Counted from the whole stretch's first letter, positions 24,502 through 36,100 are shown. The stretch: DNA of 62,342 nucleotides, filler included, from Stramenopiles sp. TOSAG23-6 (GCA_900128565.1; 32 parts of 32 records of this genome joined end to end with filler, not necessarily neighbours in it), one strand, 5' to 3'. Notes: generated by a model from the letters alone, not told the origin. A program made the numbers and translations.

Positions 24502-25371
24502 CTACAAACTGGCCATATCATCTAATATCATATCTGCAGCTTTCTCTGCAATCATTAGAGTTGGACTATTTGTGTTTCCACTTGTTATATAGGGCATAAT
24601 TGAAGCATCTACAACTCGTAAACCTTGAACATTATGAACACACAATCGNNNNNNNNNNNNNNNNNNNNNNNNNNNNNNNNNNNNNNNNNNNNNNNNNNNA
24701 CCACTGAATTTGGATCAATTAATAAAGATTCACCCATTTTACATGTACCTACTGGATGAAAGATAGAAGTACTAATATCTGGTATAATATCTCCAAGGAG
24801 TGATTCTGTAGTATATATATTGTAAAAAAATATTTTTCTTTTTTTCTAGTAAAAAAAAATCGTGAGGTACAAAATTATCAATGAAAATAAAAATGTAGGT
24901 AAAACATTCAATTTTGAAAACGTATATTGGCAACCGGGAAGATGTTCTTCAGGCTCATGAATTTTAAATGCATTTGCTGACATGTATTTTGGAAAAATAT
25001 TTCAAAAAAAATGTTAGGTNNNNNNNNNNNNNNNNNNNNNNNNNNNNNNNNNNNNNNNNNNNNNNNNNNNNNNNNNNNNNNNNNNNNNNNNNNACATTCA
25101 TAATTTCTCGGGTTTTTTGTACTCCTCGAATTGCCACTAAACGGTCATTTTCTGTTGAAAGATAATTCGGATTTATAATAGGTGCATTTCTTATATCTTT
25201 ATCTGCAATTTTTACTGATCCTCTAGAGGTAGGTCGTAAATTGCAAACAGCACATTTGTTGTTGAAAAATATGTTAAAATTCGAAAGTTTTATCATATTT
25301 TTGTTAGGTATGATTTTTTTTTTTTTTCGTTTTTTTTTTATGTAAAAAAATTCATTATGAAATTGTACATG
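24502..25371 (-). CDS. GMC (choline dehydrogenase-like) oxidoreductase, C-terminal part, with three family introns
   Basis: [32 protein letters not shown] and [31 protein letters not shown] motifs. Confidence 0.9.
24815..24925 (-). other. Non-canonical intron (111 nt); AT-AT register, or GT-AC if slid 4 nt
   Basis: CAAT|ATACGTTTT...TTTTGTACCTCAC...CAATATAT|ATACT joins PGCQ-Y-TTES. Confidence 0.75.
24982..25095 (-). other. Non-canonical intron with its donor region obscured by Ns
   Basis: ACCTAAC..GAAATATTTTTCCAAAATACAT at the 3' end. The exact register cannot be resolved. Confidence 0.7.
25254..25368 (-). other. Non-canonical GT-AT intron (115 nt), divergent copy
   Basis: CAT|GTACAATTTC...ATACCTAAC...CAACAACAAAT|GTGCT upstream of CAVCNLRP. 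Confidence 0.75.
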
Positions 25372-26375
25372 NNNNNNNNNNNNNNNNNNNNNNNNNNNNN
25401 NNNNNNNNNNNNNNNTTAATTAATTAANNNNNNNNNNNNNNNNNNNNNNNNNNNNNNNNNNNNNNNNNNNNCCTCAATCTGCTGCACGATTCCCGACGAT
25501 GGGTTATTCTGGCTCGGCTTTTAGGCGTCGCCCTTCAGTACTACTACGGATGCACTGGAATGCTCGCAGGGCCCAAGTAAACAGGACCCATAGAAGCGGA
25601 ACCCAAGGAAACAGGGCCCAAGAATACAGTCCCGTTGTCGTTGAAACGCCGAGCTCGTCGCAATCGCAGCCGGCAATTAGCACAGCACACACCAGGAACG
25701 CTGCATCCGTGACTGAAGAATCCAAGACAGAGCAACCGCGGCAAGTACACGCTTGCGTATACTGTGGAAAATCATATATCCAGGTAAAGCGCGTGCGCAT
25801 CCTACCCGCGCGCATTCCGTTTTGTGGACATTTTGTTCCATGCACACGAGTCTAACGCGGCAAACGCAGCTGTGCAATCTAAGATTGCATATCTAAACAC
25901 ATTGCAAATACATTGGTAAAAGACCATTCCAATGCCACGTTTGCGGTTGGTCCTATTCACAACTATCATATCTCAAGCGACACATTTCGGAGCACCACGT
26001 GTCGGATGCACCAGCGTGACCTACAGCACTTTTTCTCCCGCCGACATAATCACACGCACAAGTATTGGTGCTACGCGGCATGGAGACCTAAACTCGTCGT
26101 TTATTCAACGGATTGACGGCAGTTCACAAGGACAATTTTGAGTTGTTTAGCATTAGCACAGCAAGTTGACGGGAAAAAACACCTCCTAGAATTGTAAGAA
26201 TTGTAAGTGTACAGGCTCAAGTGTTTTTGCACTGGCAAGAGACACTAGGAATTTGAATGCGACAGAACGAAGACACATGTTTAGACATCTGCAATTAGAT
26301 TTCCGTTTTCATTTCGTTACGTGCAACTTCTGCTGTTGCATGCGAAAACAGGATCTGATATTGGTGTGCATAAAA

Positions 26376-27131
26376 CTAAGGACGCTTACCCACGCAGAAG
26401 TGCTTGAGCCTATGCAGCATGTGGTCGTCAAAGTTGACAATCTCTTTGAGGTCCCTTTCGAATGCACGCAAGGATCGACCTTTTGCAAGGCGGAGCTGGT
26501 TGGTCTCGTCCCGAGCAGATCTGTGGAATCGAATGTGTACGGCTTCGTTGGTGAGGTACTCTGATATTGTACCCGTCCCGTCACCATAATTGGCCCATCG
26601 AGCTGCGTCCTTGCTCTCATCGCCAAGGATTGTGGCGTCGGCACCGGCCTCAACAAGTACACGAACAATGAACATCTTGTTATTGAAAGCGGCAAACATA
26701 AGCGGGGTGTTCTTCGACTTGTTGGCAATATTTACATCAGCCTTGCTTCTGATGAACAGCTCCACGATGTCCGTCTTGCCAAAGGCAGACGCCATGTGCA
26801 GCGAAGTATTCCCAGTGTCGTCCTGCCAATTGATTGGTGCCCTCCCGCGGATAAGTCTCTTGACTTTTGCTGTGTCTCCATTACGAGTGGCAACAATGAC
26901 TTTCTGGAGGATTGATGCAAAGTGCGGCAAAACGTTCTATCAGCAAAGGTAAATAAAGTCGTGTCGTGCCATGCCTCTCACCCTTCCCAAACGGTGGATC
27001 TCCTTTTCTGAAAAGCGCTGCACACAATGCTCAAGTGTCGAGGTTGTCAAGTCGCTCTTTCCATCGCTTTGTTCATGAAGAGGACTGTCACATTGACGAG
27101 AAGGCTGCAAGCTCATGGCTCCCTGCAGCAT
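26376..27131 (-). CDS. Ankyrin-repeat protein in a GC-richer contig; probable canonical intron at 26937-26981
   Basis: GNTSLHMASAFGKTDIVELFI and NTPLMFAAFNN..IVRVLVEAGAD ankyrin repeats. The upstream exon is inferred. Confidence 0.75.
26937..26981 (-). other. Candidate canonical GT-AG intron (45 nt)
   Basis: AGG|GTGAGA...TTTATTTACCTTTGCTGATAG|AAC joins two ORFs in phase 0 and removes in-frame stops. Confidence 0.55.
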
Positions 27132-27217
27132 ACTTCATAACAGCTCGCAAAGCCGAATATTTAAATAAAAGATCGGGCAAACACGGCGCTTTGGGAGCGC
27201 AGTTGGCCAGAAAAGGC

Positions 27218-27324
27218 ATGTCGCAAGGGGATGCTATGGCCACTAGGCAGCTTAAGCTAGAGCTAAAGGGGCACAGCAACTGGATCTACTCGGTCTCGTT
27301 TTCCCCAAACGGCCAGCCCGTGGC
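27218..27324 (+). CDS. WD40-repeat protein, N-terminal fragment
   Basis: LKGHSNWIYSVSFSPNG is a WD40 repeat. Confidence 0.65.
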
Positions 27325-27424
27325 NNNNNNNNNNNNNNNNNNNNNNNNNNNNNNNNNNNNNNNNNNNNTTAATTAATTAANNNNNNNNNNNNNNNNNNNN
27401 NNNNNNNNNNNNNNNNNNNNNNNN

Positions 27425-27499
27425 TTTTTTTTTTTTAAAAATGTTAGGTACAAAATTTACTACGAAAAAAAAAAAAAAAAAAAAAAGATGAAAACATAC
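27425..27499 (-). other. Non-canonical intron, 3'-truncated
   Basis: ACT|GTATGTTTTCATC...AAATTTTGTACCTAAC. Confidence 0.8.
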
Positions 27500-29277
27500 A
27501 GTAGCCGCTTTATTAAAAGATGAATTGAGACGGTGACGTGCCAAAGGAAAGCCAAACGCATGTGAATCCTCCCATGCTATAGTACACATTAATTCAAATC
27601 TGATGAAAACGACCAAATATGTATTTTGGAAAAATATTTCAAAAAAACTCGTTAGGTACAAAATTTCGTACGAAAAAAACTTCGAATTTGAAAAAAAAAA
27701 ACATACATACTTTGTTCTCAGATGTGTTTTGGGGAAATATATCAAATTCAAAATTGGTTGGATACAAAACACTGTAGGATTTGTTTGTATTTGATACAAA
27801 AAAAACAAAAAAACAAAAAAACAAAAATTGAAATGAATACTGAAGACGTATATGTAAAAAAAACACCAAAAGAAAATTCCTTACGTACAAAATTTCATAC
27901 GAAAAAAAAACACCAAAAGAAAATTCCTTACGTACAAAATTACATACGAAAAGAAAATGAAATGAATAATGAAAACGAACATAGTTAACACCTAAGTGCT
28001 TACACACTGCAGCTTCTGCAGTTTTATGAAATTTTTTTTCCAATTCTTGAAAACCCAGAGCAACAATATCAAAACCGACATTACGATTTCGTGTACTATT
28101 TTTGGTATCATTTGAGAGTTTTTTATCAGAATTTCGTGTACTATTTAAATCATCATTATTTACAAAGTTTTCACCTACAGATGATTCAGAGTTTGAACAA
28201 AAGTTTCCCATTTGTTTTTCATTATTTGGCTTCTTTTCTTCATTTGAACATTTCACATTTTTATCATTTTCCTCATCTGACTCTTTTGGCCAACCTCCAT
28301 TGACAGGTAGCCAAGGAGAGAAAGCATCCTTTCCAGGGCATTTGCACCCAGTGTTCCAAGTACCGACCCAAATACGAAGTTTCGAACGACCATTCAACCA
28401 TTTGAGACACTCTTTATCACCTATAGGTTTTATCTTATTTTGTTCATATGTTGTAGTGTAATTAGGGTTAGGGTTTTCTATTGTTTTTTTGTCTATTACA
28501 TTATTTAACCTTTTCAGTGATGTTTTACTTCCAGGTTGTTGTACACCATTATAACAGTTTGATGTGTACGACATAGAATGCTGCATCGAATGATCTCTTT
28601 CTTGAATAAGAGATTCATTGGTATAAGCATCAATTTTATTGCAATGTTGAGTTTGACTTGAGGATCTTTTGATTGTTTTAGACACGTTAGGGTTAGGGTT
28701 ACTTAATGTACTACCTTTGTTTACGTGTTTTCCATCCTTAATTGTCTTGTTGACAACCGTTGTTTTTGGTGTTTTTGGTGTTTTTGGTTTATTGAGAATT
28801 GAAGACCGACTTTCTTTTAATAATCTAACAATTGGTTTCTGTATAAATCTCGCTGGAGACAAGATATTTTCTGCAGTTGGTAGTACTATATTATCCAAAA
28901 GTCGCCGAGGGTGCAATGCACTAGTCAACTTTCGATTTTTTTCGTACCCGGGGCTTAAAAACTGTACAACTCCAATGGGCAAAGGTGTAAGAGCAATAAC
29001 AGAGCGTAAATACTTTTCAAGCTCAATACGACGTGCTTCTACTTTGGAAGAATCGAAATTATTGAACCAAAGTTTGGGAGGCAAAGTGATACTATGAGAA
29101 ATCTTTCGGTTTGACTGGCATATAGAGTTATGAAGTTGTACAAAATCTGAATATCGTCTCTTGAAACACATTCGCGATTTATTGTCATCCATGTTATCGC
29201 ACCACATCATTTCACCAGTCATTTGAGATGTACGAGCTCGTCTGTGTAACCTAACCCTTCGGCTATTTACGTCCTCG
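27500..29277 (-). CDS. PX domain plus inositol polyphosphate 5-phosphatase protein, partial, with clustered introns
   Basis: PX motifs: KRRYSDFVQLH..LPPKLWF..RRIELEKYL. 5-phosphatase motifs: IWVGTWN, DIVALGFQE, YLVVFIR, NKAA. Confidence 0.8.
27619..27706 (-). other. Non-canonical GT-AT intron (88 nt)
   Basis: GTAT|GTATGT...GTACCTAAC...AAAATACAT|ATTTG gives ENKV-Y-LVVFIR. Confidence 0.82.
27722..27840 (-). other. Divergent family intron; the frame needs the 3' end at 27724 (GT-AC) or an equivalent shift
   Basis: CA|GTATTC...TTTTGTATCCAAC...CCAAAACACAT. Confidence 0.55.
27852..27980 (-). other. Non-canonical GT-AT intron (129 nt) with an internal duplication of its core
   Basis: TAT|GTTCGTTTT...(TTTGTACGTAAGGAATTTTCTTTTGGTG)x2...TTACAT|ATA. 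Confidence 0.65.
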
Positions 29278-29377
29278 NNNNNNNNNNNNNNNNNNNNNNN
29301 NNNNNNNNNNNNNNNNNNNNNTTAATTAATTAANNNNNNNNNNNNNNNNNNNNNNNNNNNNNNNNNNNNNNNNNNNN

Positions 29378-31226
29378 ATTCAAAGGTTCATGTATTTTGG
29401 AAAAATATTTCAAATTTTTTTTTTTAGTTTCAAAAAAAAAAAAAAAAAATTGTTAGGTACAAAATTTACTACGAAATTTTTTTTTGTAAAAAAAAAAAAA
29501 AAACATACAAGTACTAGCCACCTTTTTTTCCAACCTCCACTTTTAGTTTTCTTCTTTTCAACCCATCCTGAATGTTCACAAACACGTTGACGCCAACTTA
29601 ATTTAGAGTATTCTTGGTCATGTTTTTTGTAAAAATATTTCAAAATTTTTCAAAAAAAAAAATTTGTTAGGTACGAAATTTTTCAAAAAAAAAAAATTTA
29701 AAAAAATAAATAAAACATACATGTCGACTACGTGAAGCAACATCAAAATGTACTTCTAATGTTTGAAGGCCACCATCTCGAATACCTCTTTGTTCTTTTT
29801 GATGATGATTATGATTGGACTCTTCCGCATTTTTATCTGGTGCGGCATCTCGACTCCCATGCGATGTCTTTGTATTACAAGGCCATAAATGTAACATGAT
29901 TGATTTATTCTGTCGTGGTTGATATTTTAGTGGTGTATTGCTTAATAAACTGATCATGTCAAAGTTTATATCTTGGGTATAATCAATTAAACTGTGTTTA
30001 TCTCGAATAACACTGACTCTATGCCCTCGAAATTTGTTTTGAGTAGGCTTTGATTTAGGTTCACTGACCGATAATCTCTGTAAATTTTTGACGACATCTT
30101 CAAATGATTCTTTATTATTTTTGTTATTATTAGTATTATTAGTATTGTTTTTATGTTGTAGAGTGGATACACAAATTTGTTTTTCCGTGGGAGAGTAGCA
30201 GACACATTCAAGTAAAGGAACTTCTCCAATGGCAACTGGGACACTAAATGTATTTCAAAAAAATATTTCAAAAAAAAAATTTGTAGAAAAATTGTTAGGT
30301 ACAAAATTTCGTATGAAACCAAAAAAAAAAAATTCGAAAAAAAAAAAAAAAAAAAAATTTTGAAAAAAATTTGAAAAAAATAAAAACATACATTTGTCTA
30401 ATAATACAATGCGAATTTTACTCGCCGTTGGAGCATCTTTTAGTAAAAGTGGGCATTCAATCCAGTACACTCCTTCAAACTTTGGTGTAGAACGCATTAA
30501 TTTTCTAAAATAGCCGAGAACAACATCACAATAAATTAATTCAACGCGAACAGAGATATCAGGTGGCAATTCCGGTGTCGCTGATGAATTTTGTAAAAAT
30601 ATTTCAAAATTTTTTTACCAAAAAAAAAAAAAAATCGTTAGGTACAAAATTTTTCAAAAAAACCAAAAACAAAAAATAAATTCGATTTTTTTTTAAGGCT
30701 CAAAAATAAAAAAATAAAACATACAGAAGAAACGTTCGTCGAAAGTACCATAACTGAAGTAATAAAAAAGCAGGAATACCAACCACATTAAGTAGTATAC
30801 ATAAAAATGCCAATGGTCGGGTTATGGTATAATAATATTCATCACACACGACCGAATAATCGAACTTTAGTACTTGATTATATGTATTGTAAAAAAAAAT
30901 TAAATTCGAAATTTGTTTTTTGGTTAGGTACGAAATTTCGTACGAAAAAAAAAAAAAAAAAAAAAAAAAATTAGGAAAAAAATTCATAATGAAAACGCAC
31001 ATGGGAAATTTCCATTTACTGCACCACGCCCATAAGAAGCTTCTGTGTCTCCCGATAGATAAGCTGTTGTATTCATATTAATATTTGTGCAAAATAAACA
31101 TATATTTTGGAAAAATATTTCAAAAAAAAAATGTTAGGTACAAAATTTCGTACGGAAAAAAAAAATCATAGAAAAAAAGAAAGAGAGACATTCTCACCAC
31201 CAGAATCGAGTTCGATCTGCTCATCA
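29378..31226 (-). CDS. Partial multi-exon membrane protein with a TM helix, C2-like segment and PH-domain start
   Basis: Spliced: NFPYNQVLKFDYSVVC..VVGIPAFLLLQLWYFRR / IRIVLLDKFSVPVAIGEV / HSGWVEKK..GGWKKRWLVLEP. Confidence 0.65.
29390..29508 (-). other. Non-canonical GT-AT intron (119 nt)
   Basis: CTT|GTATGT...GTACCTAAC...AAAATACAT|GAA; keeps the PH motif WKKRWLVL. Confidence 0.88.
29620..29720 (-). other. Non-canonical GT-AT intron (101 nt)
   Basis: CAT|GTATGT...TTCGTACCTAAC...ACAAAAAACAT|GAC; phase 0. Confidence 0.85.
30248..30391 (-). other. Non-canonical GT-AT intron (144 nt)
   Basis: AAAT|GTATGT...GTACCTAAC...GAAATACAT|TTAGT; phase 1, frame restored. Confidence 0.85.
30584..30724 (-). 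other. Family intron whose GT-AT register does not restore the frame
   Basis: CT|GTATGT...GTACCTAAC...ACAAAATTCAT. The frame needs the 3' end at 30586 or 30583. Confidence 0.65.
30882..31000 (-). other. Non-canonical GT-AT intron (119 nt)
   Basis: CCAT|GTGCGT...TTCGTACCTAAC...CAATACAT|ATAAT gives GNFP-Y-NQV. Confidence 0.85.
31100..31197 (-). other. Family intron with an uncertain donor (31189 or 31197)
   Basis: TCCGTACGAAATTTTGTACCTAAC...CCAAAATATAT at the 3' end. Confidence 0.65.
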
Positions 31227-31326
31227 NNNNNNNNNNNNNNNNNNNNNNNNNNNNNNNNNNNNNNNNNNNNTTAATTAATTAANNNNNNNNNNNNNNNNNN
31301 NNNNNNNNNNNNNNNNNNNNNNNNNN

Positions 31327-31452
31327 CCAATTGATTTGATACCAGAATTATTTTTTGGATTTTTTGGACTCATTGATGATATATGTGTCTTTATTTTTGC
31401 ATTTACATTTTTCTTGTCAATGTTTCGAAATATTTTAAGACAACAAGAATGA
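31327..31452 (+). CDS. C-terminus with a DUF1232-like motif (RNF170-type)
   Basis: PIDLIPELFFGFFGLIDDICV. Confidence 0.7.
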   Translation, partial: PIDLIPELFFGFFGLIDDICVFIFAFTFFLSMFRNILRQQE

Positions 31453-31488
31453 AGTTGAGATGTTACTGTAGTATCGTGAGAACATTAC

Positions 31489-31600
31489 TCATTCTCTTCA
31501 AAAACCCTCACAAGATTGTGTGGATAGGATAAAAACCCTCACAAGATTGTGTGGATGGGATAATTTTTATTCTCTTCAAAAAAACTCACAAGATTATGTT
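31489..31600. repeat. Intergenic imperfect ~30-bp tandem repeat
   Basis: AAAAACCCTCACAAGATTGTGTGGATRGGAT occurs twice, plus a degenerate third copy. Confidence 0.75.
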
Positions 31601-31903
31601 GATTATTGGATTCTGAGGATTATTTTAGTTATATCATAAAAGTAACGATAACAAAATGAATTTATTTTTCTAATGTTTTTTTTCTTTCTGTCAAAATTTA
31701 ATATCAAATCGTTTTGAATCAGACCAAAAGTAATTCGAACCCACTAAATACAATTTAAAAGAAGAACCAGTCCAAAAGTAGCGAGGGCGAAAAACGTTTT
31801 TCGCTCAGATGTTCTGATATTGATGAATAGTTCATCATTTATAGAAAATTCTTATGGAATATTGTGCGAAATACTATAGGTATAATTCATTTATTGAAAA
31901 TTC

Positions 31904-33175
31904 TTAGACAAAATTTGTTTTTCCATTTGGCAGTGTATAAGAATTACATAAAAACAAGCATCCGCTAAAAGGCATGACGTTATCAAAATTCCCTCCTACA
32001 GTAATTGCTAAAGCTTGAAATGCAGCAAATAAAATAATGAATGAAATATATACTAAAACTGCCCATTTAGGAGATAAAACATAAGCAAGCAATACTTTGA
32101 TTGGGATTGTAAAGAATATAATTACTGGAATTACATCATTTGCAGCAGTAAGAAATGCCGATGACTGCTCCGGTCCCATTTTGACTCCAAAAGTAATGTT
32201 CACATATACTGCAAGTACTACTAATGTCAATATTTCGGCATGTGCAGACAATAATGATATAATACGCCAAAAAAGAAGAGACTTGTTCCAAAGTAGCAAT
32301 TCTCTCTTTCGTGTTGCAAGTGTTCTGCCTCTATCCCCTCGGAACATTTGCTGAAATTTTCCACAGCCGACACTTCGATTGTAAATCTTTTGTCTCGCCT
32401 GGACTCTCCATTTCAATTGTATTGATGACGCGGCGTTATGTTTCATATCATATACTTGAGTGTCAATTTTCATTTTTGCTATTTTAGCTTCTCTCGAAGN
32501 NNNNNNNNNNNNNNNNNNNNNNNNNNNNNNNNNNNNNNNNNNNNNNNNNNNNNNNNNNNNNNNNNNNNNNNNNNNNNNNNNNNNNNNNNNNNNNNNNNNN
32601 NNNNNNNNNNNNNNNNNNNNNNNNNNNNNNNNNNNNNNNNNNNNNNNNNNNNNNNNNNNNNNNNNNNNNNNNNNNNNNNNNNNNNNNNNNTATTTGTCTT
32701 GGCTCGTGATCAATTCCCATATCATTACACGCTTTTGAATATCGAACAAAATGTCGATCACTCGAAGGTTTGGGTTTTTCATTAAATTTTGCGATTTGTT
32801 GTGATAATGTCAGCCGTTTCGTTGATTTATCGAGTTTCTTTAATTTAGTTGCTTGGCGCTCACGCAAAAGCTTTGCTCTTTTTGCTTTTCTCTGTCGTTT
32901 TTGTTTAACTTACTTTAGGCGTTCCTTGGNNNNNNNTATTTGTCTTGGCTCGTGATCAATTCCCATATCATTACACGCTTTTGAATATCGAACAAAATGT
33001 CGATCACTCGAAGGTTTGGGTTTTTCATTAAATTTTGCGATTTGTTGTGATAATGTCAGCCGTTTCGTTGATTTATCGAGTTTCTTTAATTTAGTTGCTT
33101 GGCGCTCACGCAAAAGCTTTGCTCTTTTTGCTTTTCTCTGTCGTTTTTGTTTAACTTACTTTAGGCGTTCCTTGG
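31904..33175 (-). CDS. Partial protein with IQ-like motifs and C-terminal TM helices; a segment is duplicated by assembly
   Basis: AASSIQLKWR and FQQMFRGDRGR motifs plus hydrophobic helices. Segment 32691-32929 equals 32937-33175. Confidence 0.55.
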
Positions 33176-36100
33176 NNNNNNNNNNNNNNNNNNNNNNNNN
33201 NNNNNNNNNNNNNNNNNNNTTAATTAATTAANNNNNNNNNNNNNNNNNNNNNNNNNNNNNNNNNNNNNNNNNNNNCATGCCCAGCAAATCATTATTGTCT
33301 TGTTGGTAAAGTCTGTAGTGCTACAGCAAAGGAATCAAAAAAGAAGATCATTGAAGCAAATATCAAAGCAGTATTTACCGATAAACAATATGATCCAAAC
33401 GATCAAAAAGTTCTTGGTCAAATTGCACAGATCATTGTGGATGAAGTAAAATTGAAAGGTCTTAGTGTTAAGGATGGTTCTGATGGAATTAGTTTTGGCC
33501 CAGGATCAATAGTTGCTCGTTTTATTGTTCAACAAGAAGTGAATCTAGATGAAGAAGTTATACCTACAAAAGAAGATGTGCAGAAGACATTAAAGAATGA
33601 ATTAGATTCCGCATCTGCTAAAGAGAAGTTTGAGGCTGTTGGATTTTCTTCACCGAGTGTGGCGGTAACAAACTATAATATTACTGAAAAAGTTCTTACG
33701 CCAAATGATGGTGATATCAACACTAATCATATTTCTCATGCTTCCCTGAATTGTAATATAATCAGTCCTTTCATAGCGGCTTTAATTATGTTTAATATGT
33801 TATTTATACAATATATTTAGTATGTAAATATAGTGTAAAATATATCAAAAGAGATATTTGTTTTATTGAGATTGAGTGAAATATATCAAACGTTATCCTA
33901 TATATTCTTTATTACTTTTTTTGTTTTTTTTGTTTTTAACTTGTTGATTTTTTTGTAATATATTCTTTTCATTACTTTTTTTGTAATATATTCTCGAATT
34001 CTTTTTCTTCGCAACCATTTAACAAAATGGAATGCTTTGATATAACCACAAATGTACTAGTAATGATATTATACATTATGTCCTCTCGGGATCTCAGATC
34101 TCTCTACTCTAAAATGTTATAAAATGTTACATTCGCGAGTTAAACATTATTTCAAACACGAAAACACGAAATCCAAGATTCAAAAGTTTTGTAACTTTGT
34201 AACGCTGTAACGTTTTCTCTCTCTCCCTCTCTCTCGCTGTTATATTAAAATCTTTCTGTGTATAATACGGAATCAAACCAAATTTTTAGCATTGTGCAAT
34301 GGGTCTCACACAATCTTTGACATCACCATTTAAACGGATTCAAGCGTATACACTCCAGGATGCAAAGGATTTGCGAGAGAGATACCGTGACAGTGACCTT
34401 GATTTTGGGATAAACGCTTCGGAACTCGCAACACTTTTGGAGTCAAAAGACATTGAAGAGGCGAAACGCATGATCTTTGCTTTTACAGACAAAGCAATTG
34501 TATCTATCATCAATCTGATTGGTGGAGCAATCGTATGTTGCAAAGGTGATTCCACAGAAAAAATGGCAGAACTATTTGACGTTATTGATTTTGATTCTGA
34601 TGGGAAAATTTCCAAGGACGAGCTCGCATGTCTTTTAATTGCAACACAGTCCGGTGTTAGCAAGTTAACAGGAAAAGGTCGTTTAAACACTAATGAAGAA
34701 GTAAACATATATATAAAAGAAGCATTTGAAGACGTTGGTACACAAAAAGATGCAAAGTTGCCTAAAGATTCGTTTATTAAATGGATGAAAACAAAAGTTT
34801 CCGCCAATGCAAGTGTAGATTCAGTTCAAAGAGCGTTTGGTTGTAGCGAGACAAAGGAATCAGAAAATAAATTTATGGACAAAGAAGACTCAGTGGAAAA
34901 GGTCAACGAAAACACAGATAACAATGTAGAAAATGTAGATGAAAAAGTAACTAATCAAAAAGATGAAGAAGTTTTGTTAGATGAGGAAAAGGGAGAGGAA
35001 GAAACCAAGCCAAAGAATGAAAAAATTGACAAAACGGAAAACGAAAAAACTCCTGAAGTAAAAGTAGAAGAAGCACCAAAGGTGGATGAAGCTGTTGAAA
35101 AACCTGAAGAAGTAGAAGCACCANNNNNNNNNNNNNNNNNNNNNNNNNNNNNNNNNNNNNNNNNNNNTTAATTAATTAANNNNNNNNNNNNNNNNNNNNN
35201 NNNNNNNNNNNNNNNNNNNNNNNCATGCCCAGCAAATCATTATTGTCTTGTTGGTAAAGTCTGTAGTGCTACAGCAAAGGAATCAAAAAAGAAGATCATT
35301 GAAGCAAATATCAAAGCAGTATTTACCGATAAACAATATGATCCAAACGATCAAAAAGTTCTTGGTCAAATTGCACAGATCATTGTGGATGAAGTAAAAT
35401 TGAAAGGTCTTAGTGTTAAGGATGGTTCTGATGGAATTAGTTTTGGCCCAGGATCAATAGTTGCTCGTTTTATTGTTCAACAAGAAGTGAATCTAGATGA
35501 AGAAGTTATACCTACAAAAGAAGATGTGCAGAAGACATTAAAGAATGAATTAGATTCCGCATCTGCTAAAGAGAAGTTTGAGGCTGTTGGATTTTCTTCA
35601 CCGAGTGTGGCGGTAACAAACTATAATATTACTGAAAAAGTTCTTACGCCAAATGATGGTGATATCAACACTAATCATATTTCTCATGCTTCCCTGAATT
35701 GTAATATAATCAGTCCTTTCATAGCGGCTTTAATTATGTTTAATATGTTATTTATACAATATATTTAGTATGTAAATATAGTGTAAAATATATCAAAAGA
35801 GATATTTGTTTTATTGAGATTGAGTGAAATATATCAAACGTTATCCTATATATTCTTTATTACTTTTTTTGTTTTTTTTGTTTTTAACTTGTTGATTTTT
35901 TTGTAATATATTCTTTTCATTACTTTTTTTGTAATATATTCTCGAATTCTTTTTCTTCGCAACCATTTAACAAAATGGAATGCTTTGATATAACCACAAA
36001 TGTACTAGTAATGATATTATACATTATGTCCTCTCGGGATCTCAGATCTCTCTACTCTAAAATGTTATAAAATGTTACATTCGCGAGTTAAACATTATTT

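Noticed and set aside
27639-27980. ORF-track peptides such as NFVPN, YEILYLT, TKFCT and F/K-rich stretches as a recurring protein motif
   Set aside because: They are read-through translations of the intron family in different frames.
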